Source: Polyangiaceae bacterium (GTDB lineage Bacteria; Myxococcota_A; Polyangia; Polyangiales; Polyangiaceae). Taken from it: a DNA stretch of 18,092 bases. Below the pieces are notes generated by a model. The model was not told where the DNA came from, did not search any database, and worked only from the letters and a program-made list of their open reading frames with translations. Below are positions 10,534-18,092 of the stretch, piece after piece (position 1 is the first letter of the stretch; the number at the start of each line of letters is the position of its first letter). The DNA lies in NCBI GenBank assembly GCA_033763455.1, contig JANRKO010000069.1:1-18092 (forward strand), read 5' to 3'. Made by a program: the position numbers and the translations under genes.

Positions 10534-13500
10534 ATGTCAAACACTGAACAACTCTTAAGGAAGCTAGCCAAGGAACGCGTGCTCATGCTGGACGGTGCGA
10601 TGGGCACCATGATTCAGCGGCACCGGCCGAGCGAGCTCGATTACCGAGGGCAACGCTTCGAACATCACAAGACTGATCTTCAGGGAAATAGTGATCTTCT
10701 CGTGTTGACACGCCCGGACATCATCCGCGGCATTCACGCGGCGTACCTGGAGGCTGGCAGTGATATTATCGAAACTAATACCTTCACCTCCACGAGCGTG
10801 GCCCAGGCGGACTACAACCTGGAGCACGTTGTCTACGATTTGAATGTGGAAGCGGTGCGCCTGGCCAAATCGGTGGCCGCGGAATACTCGGATCGCACGC
10901 CGGATAAACCGCGATTCGTGGCGGGTGCAATTGGGCCGATGAACCGCACCTTGAGCATCTCTCCCGATGTGAATGACCCAGCGTTGCGCTCGGTGACTTT
11001 CGATCAGGTGCGCGATTCCTACAAGGAGCAGGTGCGTGCGTTGATCGAAGCCGGCGCGGACCTTTTGCTCGCGGAAACGGTGTTCGATACGCTCAACTTG
11101 AAGGCTTGCATTGTTGCGATGGAGCAAGTCTTCGAGGAGAGAAAAGAGCGCCTGCCGGTGATGCTGAGCGTTACCATCACCGATCGGAGCGGGCGCACGC
11201 TTTCGGGGCAAACACTCGAAGCTTTCTGGGCTTCGGTGGCGCATGCCAAGCCTTTCAGCGTGGGTATCAACTGCGCGCTCGGTGCAGAAGATATGCGGCC
11301 GTACATCGCGGAGCTTTCGCGTTTGGCGCCAATTCTCACGAGCTGTTACCCTAACGCCGGCTTGCCGAATGCGTTTGGCGAATACGACCAAACCCCCGAC
11401 CAAACGGCTGCACTCTTGCGAGAATTCGCCCAGAGCGGCTTTGCTAACATTATCGGAGGCTGTTGCGGCACCACCGCCGACCACATTCGTGCGGTAGCCA
11501 AAGCCGTGCAGGGTGTAGAGCCCCGTACGCCGCCCCCGCCGGACCACCTGGCGCATCTCAGCGGGTTGGAGCCCCTCACGATTCGCCCCGATTCGAACTT
11601 CTTGATGATCGGCGAGCGCACGAACGTAACAGGTTCACGCCGATTCGCAAACCTCATTAAGAAGGGTGATTACACGACAGCGCTCGAAGTGGCCTCTGAG
11701 CAGGTGCGGAGCGGAGCCAACATTTTGGATGTGAACATGGATGAAGCCATGCTCGATTCCCAAGCTGCCATGGGTACGTTCTTGCGCATGGTGGCGACCG
11801 AGCCGGACATCGCTCGCGTGCCCATCATGGTGGATAGCTCCAAATGGAGCGTGATCGAAGAAGGCTTAAAGTGGGTGCAGGGCAAATGCATCGTCAACTC
11901 CATCAGCATGAAGGAGGGCGAAGCCGAGTTTCTGGAACGAGCTAAAGCCGCCCAACGCTACGGCGCAGCTGTGGTGGTGATGGCTTTCGATGAAGAGGGC
12001 CAAGCCGAGACAGCGGAGCGCAAGTTCGCCATTTGCAAGCGGGCCTACGAGCTCCTCACTCAGAAGCTCAATTTTGACCCGAATGACATCATTTTTGACC
12101 CCAATATCTTTGCCGTGGCTACCGGCATCGAGGGCCACAATCGCTTCGCGATCAACTTCATCGAAGCCATCAAGCTCATTAAGAAGCACCTTCCGGGCGC
12201 CAAGGTGAGCGGCGGCGTGAGCAATTTGAGCTTCTCCTTCCGTGGCAACGATGTGGTGCGTGAAGCGTTTCATTCGGCATTTTTGTACGCTGCGATCCGC
12301 GAAGGCATGGACATGGGCATTGTGAATGCCTCCCAGCTCGTGGTGTACGAGGATATTCCAAAAGATCTCTTGGAGCGCGTCGAAGACGTGCTCTTCGATC
12401 GTCGTCCAGATGCAACGGAACGCATGGTGGAGTTCGCCGAATCGGTGAAGGGGGTGGCTTCCAAACGCGAGGAAGATTTGGCCTGGCGAAGCTTGAGTGT
12501 TGAAGAGCGCATTCAGCATGCGCTTGTGCGCGGTTTGGTCGATTTTATCGATCAAGATGTGGAAGAGGCGCGCGTGAAGCTGGGGCGCCCGCTTTCGGTG
12601 ATTGAAGGGCCCATGATGGCCGGCATGAGCATCGTGGGAGACCTCTTTGGTGCAGGGAAGATGTTCCTGCCGCAGGTGGTGAAGAGTGCGCGCGTGATGA
12701 AGCGTGGCGTGGCGATTTTGGAGCCTTACATGGAGGCCGAGAAGGTGAATAGCTCGGCGCAGGGTCGAGTAGTGATGGCCACCGTGAAGGGGGACGTTCA
12801 CGATATTGGCAAAAACATCGTCGGCGTGGTGTTGGCGTGCAACAACTACCAAGTGATCGATCTCGGTGTGATGGTGCCAGTGGATAAGATCCTGGACACT
12901 GCCGTCGCAGAAAATGCGGACGTTATTGGGCTTTCCGGGCTCATAACGCCCAGCCTCGACGAAATGGTGACGGTCGCGCGCGAGATGAAGCGCCGTGGCC
13001 TCAAGATCCCGCTTCTGATCGGTGGTGCCACCACGAGCCCGCAACACACGGCTGTAAGAATTGCCGGCGAATACGACGAACCTGTGGTGCATGTGCTCGA
13101 TGCTTCACGCGCTGTAGGAGTTGTCTCCAATCTCTTAGATGCAACGCGCAAAGCAACGCTCGATACGGAAAATCGAGCGAATCAAGAACGCTTGCGCGGC
13201 ATCTACGGCAATCGGGGTACGCGAAAGCTCCTCGCGTACGAGGATGCAAAAGCCCGGGCTCCAAAGCTTGAATGGGACCAATCCGTGGTGCAAACCCCCG
13301 AATTTCTGGGCGTGCGCAAGTTGGATAATTTCTCATTGAGCGAGATTTCCCGTTACATCGATTGGACATTCCTGTTCATCGCGTGGGAGCTCAAGGGCCG
13401 TTACCCCAGCATTTTTGAGCACCCCGAATACGGCGCCCCCGCTAAAGAGCTGTTTGCAAACGCGAGCCAGCTTCTGGAGAAGATCATCTCGGAAAAGCTG

Positions 13501-14205
13501 CTCACCGCGCGCGCCGCCTACGGATTTTGGCCCGCCAATAGCGAAAACGACGACATCATTCTCTTCACGGATGAATCTCGAACCACCGAGCTTCTTCGCT
13601 TTAACATGTTGCGCCAGCAGAGCGCAGAGGGCGACGTGAGTCGCTCGCTCGCTGATTTCGTAGCGCCGCGGTCCTCGGGCCTGGCCGATTACGTGGGCGG
13701 CTTTGCGGTGACGGCCGGACTTGGTGCCGAGGAGCTCTCGAAAGCCTTTGAGAAGGAGCTGGATGATTACAATTCAATCATGGTGAAAGCTCTCGCTGAT
13801 CGCCTGGCCGAGGCCTTTGCTGAATTGATGCACGAGCGCGTGCGGCGTGAATGGGGTTATGGAAAAGGTGAAGATCTTACCAACCAAGATCTCATTGCCG
13901 AAAAATACCGAGGCATTCGCCCGGCGTTTGGTTACCCCGCGTGCCCTGATCACACGGAAAAGTGGAAGCTCTTCGATCTGCTCGGCGCGCGCTCAGTGGG
14001 CATCGATTTAACGGAGAGCTTGGCCATGACACCTGCCGCAAGCGTGGGCGGCATCTACCTGGGCCATCCAAAATCTCAGTATTTTTCCGTAGGAAAGCTC
14101 GGAAAAGACCAGTTGGACTCGTACGCAGCGCGAAAAGGGATGACCATTGCTGAGGTAGAAAAGTGGCTTGGCCCCAACCTCGGGTATGAGCCGGAACGAA
14201 GCTGA
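10534..14205 (+). CDS. metH: cobalamin-dependent methionine synthase
   Basis: 1223 aa. [10 protein letters not shown], Zn ligands GINC and GGCC, pterin domain [11 protein letters not shown]12 motif GDVHDIGKN, reactivation domain [12 protein letters not shown]. Confidence 0.99.
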   Translation: MSNTEQLLRKLAKERVLMLDGAMGTMIQRHRPSELDYRGQRFEHHKTDLQGNSDLLVLTRPDIIRGIHAAYLEAGSDIIETNTFTSTSVAQADYNLEHVVYDLNVEAVRLAKSVAAEYSDRTPDKPRFVAGAIGPMNRTLSISPDVNDPALRSVTFDQVRDSYKEQVRALIEAGADLLLAETVFDTLNLKACIVAMEQVFEERKERLPVMLSVTITDRSGRTLSGQTLEAFWASVAHAKPFSVGINCALGAEDMRPYIAELSRLAPILTSCYPNAGLPNAFGEYDQTPDQTAALLREFAQSGFANIIGGCCGTTADHIRAVAKAVQGVEPRTPPPPDHLAHLSGLEPLTIRPDSNFLMIGERTNVTGSRRFANLIKKGDYTTALEVASEQVRSGANILDVNMDEAMLDSQAAMGTFLRMVATEPDIARVPIMVDSSKWSVIEEGLKWVQGKCIVNSISMKEGEAEFLERAKAAQRYGAAVVVMAFDEEGQAETAERKFAICKRAYELLTQKLNFDPNDIIFDPNIFAVATGIEGHNRFAINFIEAIKLIKKHLPGAKVSGGVSNLSFSFRGNDVVREAFHSAFLYAAIREGMDMGIVNASQLVVYEDIPKDLLERVEDVLFDRRPDATERMVEFAESVKGVASKREEDLAWRSLSVEERIQHALVRGLVDFIDQDVEEARVKLGRPLSVIEGPMMAGMSIVGDLFGAGKMFLPQVVKSARVMKRGVAILEPYMEAEKVNSSAQGRVVMATVKGDVHDIGKNIVGVVLACNNYQVIDLGVMVPVDKILDTAVAENADVIGLSGLITPSLDEMVTVAREMKRRGLKIPLLIGGATTSPQHTAVRIAGEYDEPVVHVLDASRAVGVVSNLLDATRKATLDTENRANQERLRGIYGNRGTRKLLAYEDAKARAPKLEWDQSVVQTPEFLGVRKLDNFSLSEISRYIDWTFLFIAWELKGRYPSIFEHPEYGAPAKELFANASQLLEKIISEKLLTARAAYGFWPANSENDDIILFTDESRTTELLRFNMLRQQSAEGDVSRSLADFVAPRSSGLADYVGGFAVTAGLGAEELSKAFEKELDDYNSIMVKALADRLAEAFAELMHERVRREWGYGKGEDLTNQDLIAEKYRGIRPAFGYPACPDHTEKWKLFDLLGARSVGIDLTESLAMTPAASVGGIYLGHPKSQYFSVGKLGKDQLDSYAARKGMTIAEVEKWLGPNLGYEPERS

Positions 14206-14309
14206 AAATCTTGGCCCGAACCTCGCTTGTGAGCGGGAATCAAGCCCTGATCCAGCGGTAGGGCGTGAGCGGCGCGCGTAAGTGATGGGAGAAGTTCGAG
14301 GGTTTTATG

Positions 14310-14336
14310 CCTTCAAACTTCCTTCAAACTTCCTTC
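14310..14336. repeat. 11-bp tandem repeat (CCTTCAAACTT x2 + CCTTC)
   Basis: Copies at 14310-14320 and 14321-14331, partial copy at 14332-14336. GAAGTTCGAGG at 14291-14301 is an imperfect inverted copy. Confidence 0.75.
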
Positions 14337-14780
14337 GCGTCGGGGCCTTATCCGTCCCTTGTCGACGGCAAAGAGGAGCTCGTTGCCGTCAGGGTCATTG
14401 ACCGTCTTGACGGGCATACCCCAGTAGCTGTCGCGGACGGTGATGTCAGCACTCACGCAGTATTCCAGCTCCTTGAGACTGCCTCAGATGCTTTACGCTT
14501 ACGTCGATCTTCGCTTGTTGCTGCTGTAGGCAAACAAGCCCTGCTTGAGCTGCTCGGCATAGAGTTCGAAGAACAACCTACCTGAACCGACACGCTCGCT
14601 GCGGCGGTTCAGAATCAATTCGAAATCATTGCGCGTGACCTGGACGACAAGAATGCGGCCGTCTTCTTCGAAACGCCAACTCTAACGATAGCCGAGCGCT
14701 GCGTAGAACCGCAGCGATACCTCGCAGTCCGCAACGAAAAATACCGACCGCACGTACCAGACTTCCGGATCCTCACTCAT
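14313..14780 (-). pseudogene. VOC/glyoxalase/bleomycin-resistance family pseudogene
   Basis: Manual translation: MSEDPEVWYVRSVFFVADCEVSLRFYAALGYR*SWRFEEDGRILVVQVTRNDFELIL..GRLFFEL..[insert with 3 stops]..VRDSYWGMPVKTVNDPDGNELLF. TAG at 14682-14684. The C-terminal DPDGN motif stays in the same frame. Confidence 0.85.
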
Positions 14781-14849
14781 GTCCGCCTCTCTGCCTTTGG
14801 CTGTTTATCAGGCCGCCAGGTACCAATGGTGCGCTCTGAATGCTGGCGC

Positions 14850-15350
14850 TCATGCCCCTCCCATTCGCCGTAAGTCCTTGATGAGCACAAACAAGTGCAG
14901 CGGATCCGTAGGCGACGAGATGAAGTCGAACCCCTCGTAGAAGGTCCGCGCCGCGTCGTCTTTGGCGTGGACAACAAAGGCACGGATCCCCGCGATATCT
15001 GCTGCCTGAAGCGTGCGTCGGATCGCATCTTTCAGGAGGCCGGCGCCGATGCCTTTGCCTTGCCAGTCAACGCTCACAGCCATGCGTGCGAGCAGCATTA
15101 CGGGTACGGGATGTTGCGCAAGCCCTTTTGAGAGACGTGCGGGTGCGCCTTCAAAAGCCACTTGGCCCACCACCAAGGTGTAAAACCCAATGATCTCGTT
15201 GTCCGCTAAGCCCACGTAAGTCTGTGACGCGTTTGCCTGCTGATTAGGAAGCGCAAAGCGTACGAGAAAGCGATTTAACCCAGCATGCCCGCAATCGAAA
15301 GTATCGACAGAATGGGTGCGAGCCAGCTTCTGAATGCGGAACGTGGTCAC
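14850..15350 (-). CDS. GNAT acetyltransferase toxin (TacT/AtaT/KacT-like), type II TA system
   Basis: 166 aa. FDCG..LNRFL, PVPVMLLARMAV, AcCoA loop QGKGIG, VHAKDDAARTFYEGFDF. GTG start overlaps the antitoxin TGA. Confidence 0.92.
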   Translation of the reverse strand: MTTFRIQKLARTHSVDTFDCGHAGLNRFLVRFALPNQQANASQTYVGLADNEIIGFYTLVVGQVAFEGAPARLSKGLAQHPVPVMLLARMAVSVDWQGKGIGAGLLKDAIRRTLQAADIAGIRAFVVHAKDDAARTFYEGFDFISSPTDPLHLFVLIKDLRRMGGA

Positions 15351-15628
15351 TTGGGGTCAAAAACGCCCTTCGCCTTGAACAGGCGCTGAACTCGAGGCAA
15401 TCGCCTGGCGGGCGCATCGAGCGCGGCTATAAACGCCGCCCAACCTTCTCGGCTAAGGCCAAACTTCTGTCGATCGGCCAGCGTTTCCTCGGCGCGCGCG
15501 AGAGCACTTTCCAACACGAACTCACTCACCGAACGCCGCGCCGCCTCTGCCGCCGCCTGCAAAGCCTGTTTGTCAGTCGGTGTGAGTCGGAGGTCGAGCT
15601 TTTGCGAACGGTTAGCGCGTGCGGTCAT
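15347..15628 (-). CDS. DUF1778 ribbon-helix-helix antitoxin (TacA/AtaR-like)
   Basis: 93 aa MTARANRSQKLDLRLTPTDKQALQAAAEAARRSVSEFVLESAL..FIAALDAP..RLF, translationally coupled to the GNAT gene. Confidence 0.92.
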   Translation of the reverse strand: MTARANRSQKLDLRLTPTDKQALQAAAEAARRSVSEFVLESALARAEETLADRQKFGLSREGWAAFIAALDAPARRLPRVQRLFKAKGVFDPK

Positions 15629-15661
15629 CGGGGAAGCTCCAATCAGGTTGCAGCAAGCACT

Positions 15662-15690
15662 ATGACACAGATGCCTGACAATGTCATGAC
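15662..15690. promoter_or_regulatory. candidate TA autoregulatory operator (nested TGACA/TGTCA inverted repeats)
   Basis: TGACA-A-TGTCA at 15676-15686, ATGACA at 15662-15667 pairing with TGTCAT at 15682-15687, GTCATGAC at 15683-15690. About 35-60 bp upstream of the antitoxin start. Confidence 0.55.
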
Positions 15691-15828
15691 GGTGGGAAAG
15701 CCGCGAGGACGGCGCAGCTGGATCAGCCGCAGAGGAAAGTGCGCCCTTTGTCATACGGCCAGAAAATTCTTGCTTTTGGGGCTTCAATGTCCGTCGCTTC
15801 ATCGGGCATTGGGTCGAAAAACCAAGGG

Positions 15829-15834
15829 TTGACA
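15829..15834 (+). promoter_or_regulatory. consensus sigma70 -35 hexamer directly upstream of the microsatellite
   Basis: TTGACA, 3 nt before the (TGAA)n tract. No canonical -10 at 17 bp because that position lies inside the repeat. Confidence 0.4.
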
Positions 15835-15837
15835 ACG

Positions 15838-15890
15838 TGAATGAATGAATGAATGAATGAATGAATGAATGAATGAATGAATGAATGAAT
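15838..15890. repeat. tetranucleotide microsatellite (TGAA)13
   Basis: 13 perfect TGAA units plus T. The last ATG is the start codon of 15885..16418. CATTCATTC at 15892-15900 is complementary to the tract. Confidence 0.97.
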
Positions 15891-16418
15891 ACATTCATTC
15901 GTGAACGTATCGCGTTACTCGGGTGTGGGCTCCTGTGGAGCGCATGTTCTGGAGGTGGAGGCGAAGGGTTCGGAGCGGCCGAGGGCGCTCGCTCGACCTC
16001 CATGAACGGCGTCGTCGCTGAACCTCGCTCAGACGACGGCACAGGCAGCCCAACTCGCGGCGGGCGTGTAGAACGCAAGATCGGTTTGAGTGAGGTCGAT
16101 GCACGTTCACGCTCAGAGCAGGTAAAGCCATGGGCGTCCGACGGTTACGATCCTTGCGAAAGAGCCTATGACATTAACGTTCAGCTGACGCAAAACGCAC
16201 TCACTGCGTTTCAGCAAAGCGCCGGACTGCTGCAGGGGCCTGCGGCGAGCACGCCACTCCCGAGTGTGTTGCCGAAGCCGGAATTCTTGAGCAAGTGCAA
16301 CTCCATGCCTTTCGAGGTTAGGAGATGCATGGATCTGGAATACCAGTTCGAGAACGCGGCGAGCTGCGAAGCGGCTCACCAGGCATTTGTTGCAACGTCG
16401 AAAGGAGTGCTCCCGTGA
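15885..16418 (+). CDS. hypothetical lipoprotein with four Cys in the C-terminal domain
   Basis: 177 aa. Signal peptide with lipobox-like LLWSAC followed by SGGGG, low-complexity linker, then DPCERAY..FLSKC..VRRC..ASC. Confidence 0.75.
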   Translation: MNTFIRERIALLGCGLLWSACSGGGGEGFGAAEGARSTSMNGVVAEPRSDDGTGSPTRGGRVERKIGLSEVDARSRSEQVKPWASDGYDPCERAYDINVQLTQNALTAFQQSAGLLQGPAASTPLPSVLPKPEFLSKCNSMPFEVRRCMDLEYQFENAASCEAAHQAFVATSKGVLP

Positions 16419-16420
16419 GG

Positions 16421-17137
16421 ATGCCGAAAATTGCCAAGGGGTTCATGGGGTTCGCATTTCTGATGACCCTGCTCGTGTTGCCACAACGGGCGCGTGCGCA
16501 GGGCTTCCCGCAAATCCAAACGAACTGCGCTACGACGCCACCGCCGTACGACTACGGGGGCCTAAACCAGGTGACGACCCCTGTGTTTGCTGACTCGCGC
16601 AACGCTAACAGTAATGGTACCGCGCCATGGAGCGAGTGGTGGACTTACGCGGATCCAAGCATTAACGATAGTACGAACTGCACGCAGTTTAATGTAGGGC
16701 TCGTTTGGGGAGCACCCAACACTGGGAAGGACGTCAAAGTCCAAACCTGGTGGTATGACGAGAAGTGGCCTCCGGCATGGACGCGACAATATTGCCCCGC
16801 TCTTGTTGACGGAAACAACGGCCACTTTCACACTGCCACTTATCTATTTGGCTGGCGATGGAACGGGTCAATGTGGGCGTGGAGTTACTACAATAGCTAC
16901 GGTGAGAGCCCAGTCTGGAACGTTTCAATGAACAGGTGTGAGTTCAGTACCGACCCCGCTAAGACCGGGCTGCCGGCAGCATATAACTGGGGAACCAATC
17001 CGATAGTAAAGAGCAAGTACAATAATACTCTGAATTGGCTGCTCATTCTCTCACAAGGAACAACGCACGTGGGTAATATCGGGTGTGGCTACCACGGGTG
17101 CTACGGCAGGGTTCTCACGCAAACGTCGTACAACTAG
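16421..17137 (+). CDS. hypothetical secreted Trp/Asn/Tyr-rich protein
   Basis: AAAGGAG RBS at 16401-16407. Start is GTG 16415 (overlapping the upstream TGA) or ATG 16421. Sec signal MPKIAKGFMGFAFLMTLLVLPQRARA|Q. 15 Trp and 6 Cys in the mature part. Confidence 0.8.
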   Translation: MPKIAKGFMGFAFLMTLLVLPQRARAQGFPQIQTNCATTPPPYDYGGLNQVTTPVFADSRNANSNGTAPWSEWWTYADPSINDSTNCTQFNVGLVWGAPNTGKDVKVQTWWYDEKWPPAWTRQYCPALVDGNNGHFHTATYLFGWRWNGSMWAWSYYNSYGESPVWNVSMNRCEFSTDPAKTGLPAAYNWGTNPIVKSKYNNTLNWLLILSQGTTHVGNIGCGYHGCYGRVLTQTSYN

Positions 17138-17155
17138 AATGATGGACCGTCGCCC

Positions 17156-17953
17156 ATGAGATTCGTTTCCGCGTCGTTCTCGCTCTTGTTGCTATGTTGT
17201 AGCGGCGGAGTTGTTGACGAGGAGCCCTCACCTCCCAACGTAGCGGTGGAGATCACTCCTGGTCACAATGGTGCAATCTGTCAACAGGACTCAGACTGTG
17301 TGGATGGGCTCCTTTGCGAGCCATCCTCCGGCCCCCGAAAGTGTTCTAGCCCCTCGGACGGGTCTGTTTACGAGATGCGGCGCGCGGAGGCGCTGAATGC
17401 CAGAGGCAAGGTCGGTTATCCCTGCCAGGTAGACATGGAGTGTAAAGAGGGCCTGCTCTGCTTACGCCCGGCTAACACCGTTTCGGATGTCGCGGGGGTG
17501 TGCTCAATGAATTGCTCAAGCAGCGAGCTTGAGCAGTCCTGCGCGGTGGATCACGGGGGCATTTGCGCCGCGGTTGGAGAGAGTAATGTTTGCCTGGCTG
17601 TTTGTGGAACCGGGGCTTTTTCTTGCGCCACGGGGAGTTGCGCACAAGTTGGCGCGGCGCAGATCTGTATGCCGGTTTGTCTGGCAGATGCACAGTGCAC
17701 AACCGCTTGCGATCTGCAGACGGGGCTGTGCACGACCAGGCCAGAGAAAGGCGCGGCTGAGGTGGGTGCTCAGTGCGCATTCCCCGCAGACTGTAAGACT
17801 GGTGTGTGTGTGGAGAACCAGTGCACAGCTCCGTGCAAAGTCGGAGCCACTGCTGGATGTGGTGAGAGCCAAATCTACCTCGCCGGCGTGGGGGGCCCCA
17901 TGTGCTTTCCACTGGACCCTCAAAATTACTTCGTAGGCAACCCGGGTGAGTGT
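17156..17953 (+). CDS. Cys-rich repeat lipoprotein, 3' end interrupted by IS3-family insertion (probable pseudogene)
   Basis: Absent from the ORF track because the frame has no stop before the window end. MRFVSASFSLLLLCCSGG lipoprotein-like signal. About 30 Cys in 266 codons. Repeats GAICQQDSDCVDGLLC, GYPCQVDMECKEGLLC, GAQCAFPADCKTGVC. Confidence 0.85.
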
Positions 17954-18092
17954 GAGCTTCCCCGGATTTCCAGGACACCCAGCAAAGAGGGTATCCTCGG
18001 AGTTAGATCATGGAAAGCAAGACTCGTCGAAAGCGAAAGAAACACACCGAAGAGTTCAAGCGAGAGGCAGTTCGGCTGCTCGAGACACGAGG
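17953..18092 (+). mobile_element. IS3-family insertion sequence, left end (truncated by window)
   Basis: TG-initiated terminal IR-like sequence TGAGCTTCCCGGATTTCCAGGACAC resembling IS3-family ends, followed by an OrfA start. Confidence 0.85.
18010..18092 (+). CDS. IS3-family transposase OrfA (HTH_Tnp_1), partial
   Basis: MESKTRRKRKKHTEEFKREAVRLLETR, the typical R+.(Y/H)T.EFK.EAV.L N-terminus. Confidence 0.85.
   Translation, partial: MESKTRRKRKKHTEEFKREAVRLLETR

Noticed and set aside
10564..13092. Long antisense ORFs (330 aa and 408 aa) inside metH, and similar ones in katG and the regulator
   Set aside because: Expected shadow ORFs from high-GC codon bias opposite conserved genes, with no recognisable motifs.
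14307..14585. 92-aa plus-strand ORF after metH
   Set aside because: It is the antisense of the VOC pseudogene, whose motifs are clear on the minus strand.
14682..14684. Pyrrolysine or programmed amber readthrough in the VOC gene
   Set aside because: The same gene has further stops in an insertion, other genes here (e.g. dps) end in TAG, and no pyl genes are seen. Pseudogenisation is the simpler explanation.
14206..15700. Integron cassette array (VOC + TA are typical cassette cargo)
   Set aside because: I found no RYYYAAC..GTTRRRY attC structures between the genes and no integrase.
15347..16078. 243-aa ORF with FIHS repeats as a long antitoxin
   Set aside because: The extension is the antisense reading of the (TGAA)n tract and the lipoprotein gene. 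The DUF1778 domain begins at ATG 15628.
17472..17978. ORF-track calls in the 17.5-18 kb region (168, 135, 135 and 60 aa)
   Set aside because: These are alternative frames of the real Cys-rich gene starting at 17156.

Overview
GC-rich bacterial chromosomal window. The many Cys-rich lipoproteins suggest a myxobacterium (inference only). The left ~14.2 kb looks like core genome: a SprT/DUF2786 metalloprotease, a CPA2 cation/H+ antiporter, a XylR-type AraC regulator divergent from a lipoprotein Fes-like esterase, katG-dps, a three-domain Grx4-degenerate A-type carrier-rhodanese fusion, and a SahR-like ArsR-methyltransferase regulator in an operon with metH. Several candidate operators are directly visible in the intergenic DNA. 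Right of metH the region looks accessory. It holds a VOC/glyoxalase pseudogene (amber stop plus a 72-bp insertion bounded by a direct repeat) and a DUF1778-GNAT (TacAT/AtaRT-type) toxin-antitoxin pair. Divergent from that pair is an apparent three-gene operon of uncharacterised exported proteins. Its leader is a perfect TTGACA followed by a (TGAA)13 microsatellite that runs into the start codon. The third gene, a ~30-Cys lipoprotein missed by the ORF track, is interrupted by an IS3-family element at the window end. This microsatellite-led exported-protein operon is the best candidate for an undescribed system.
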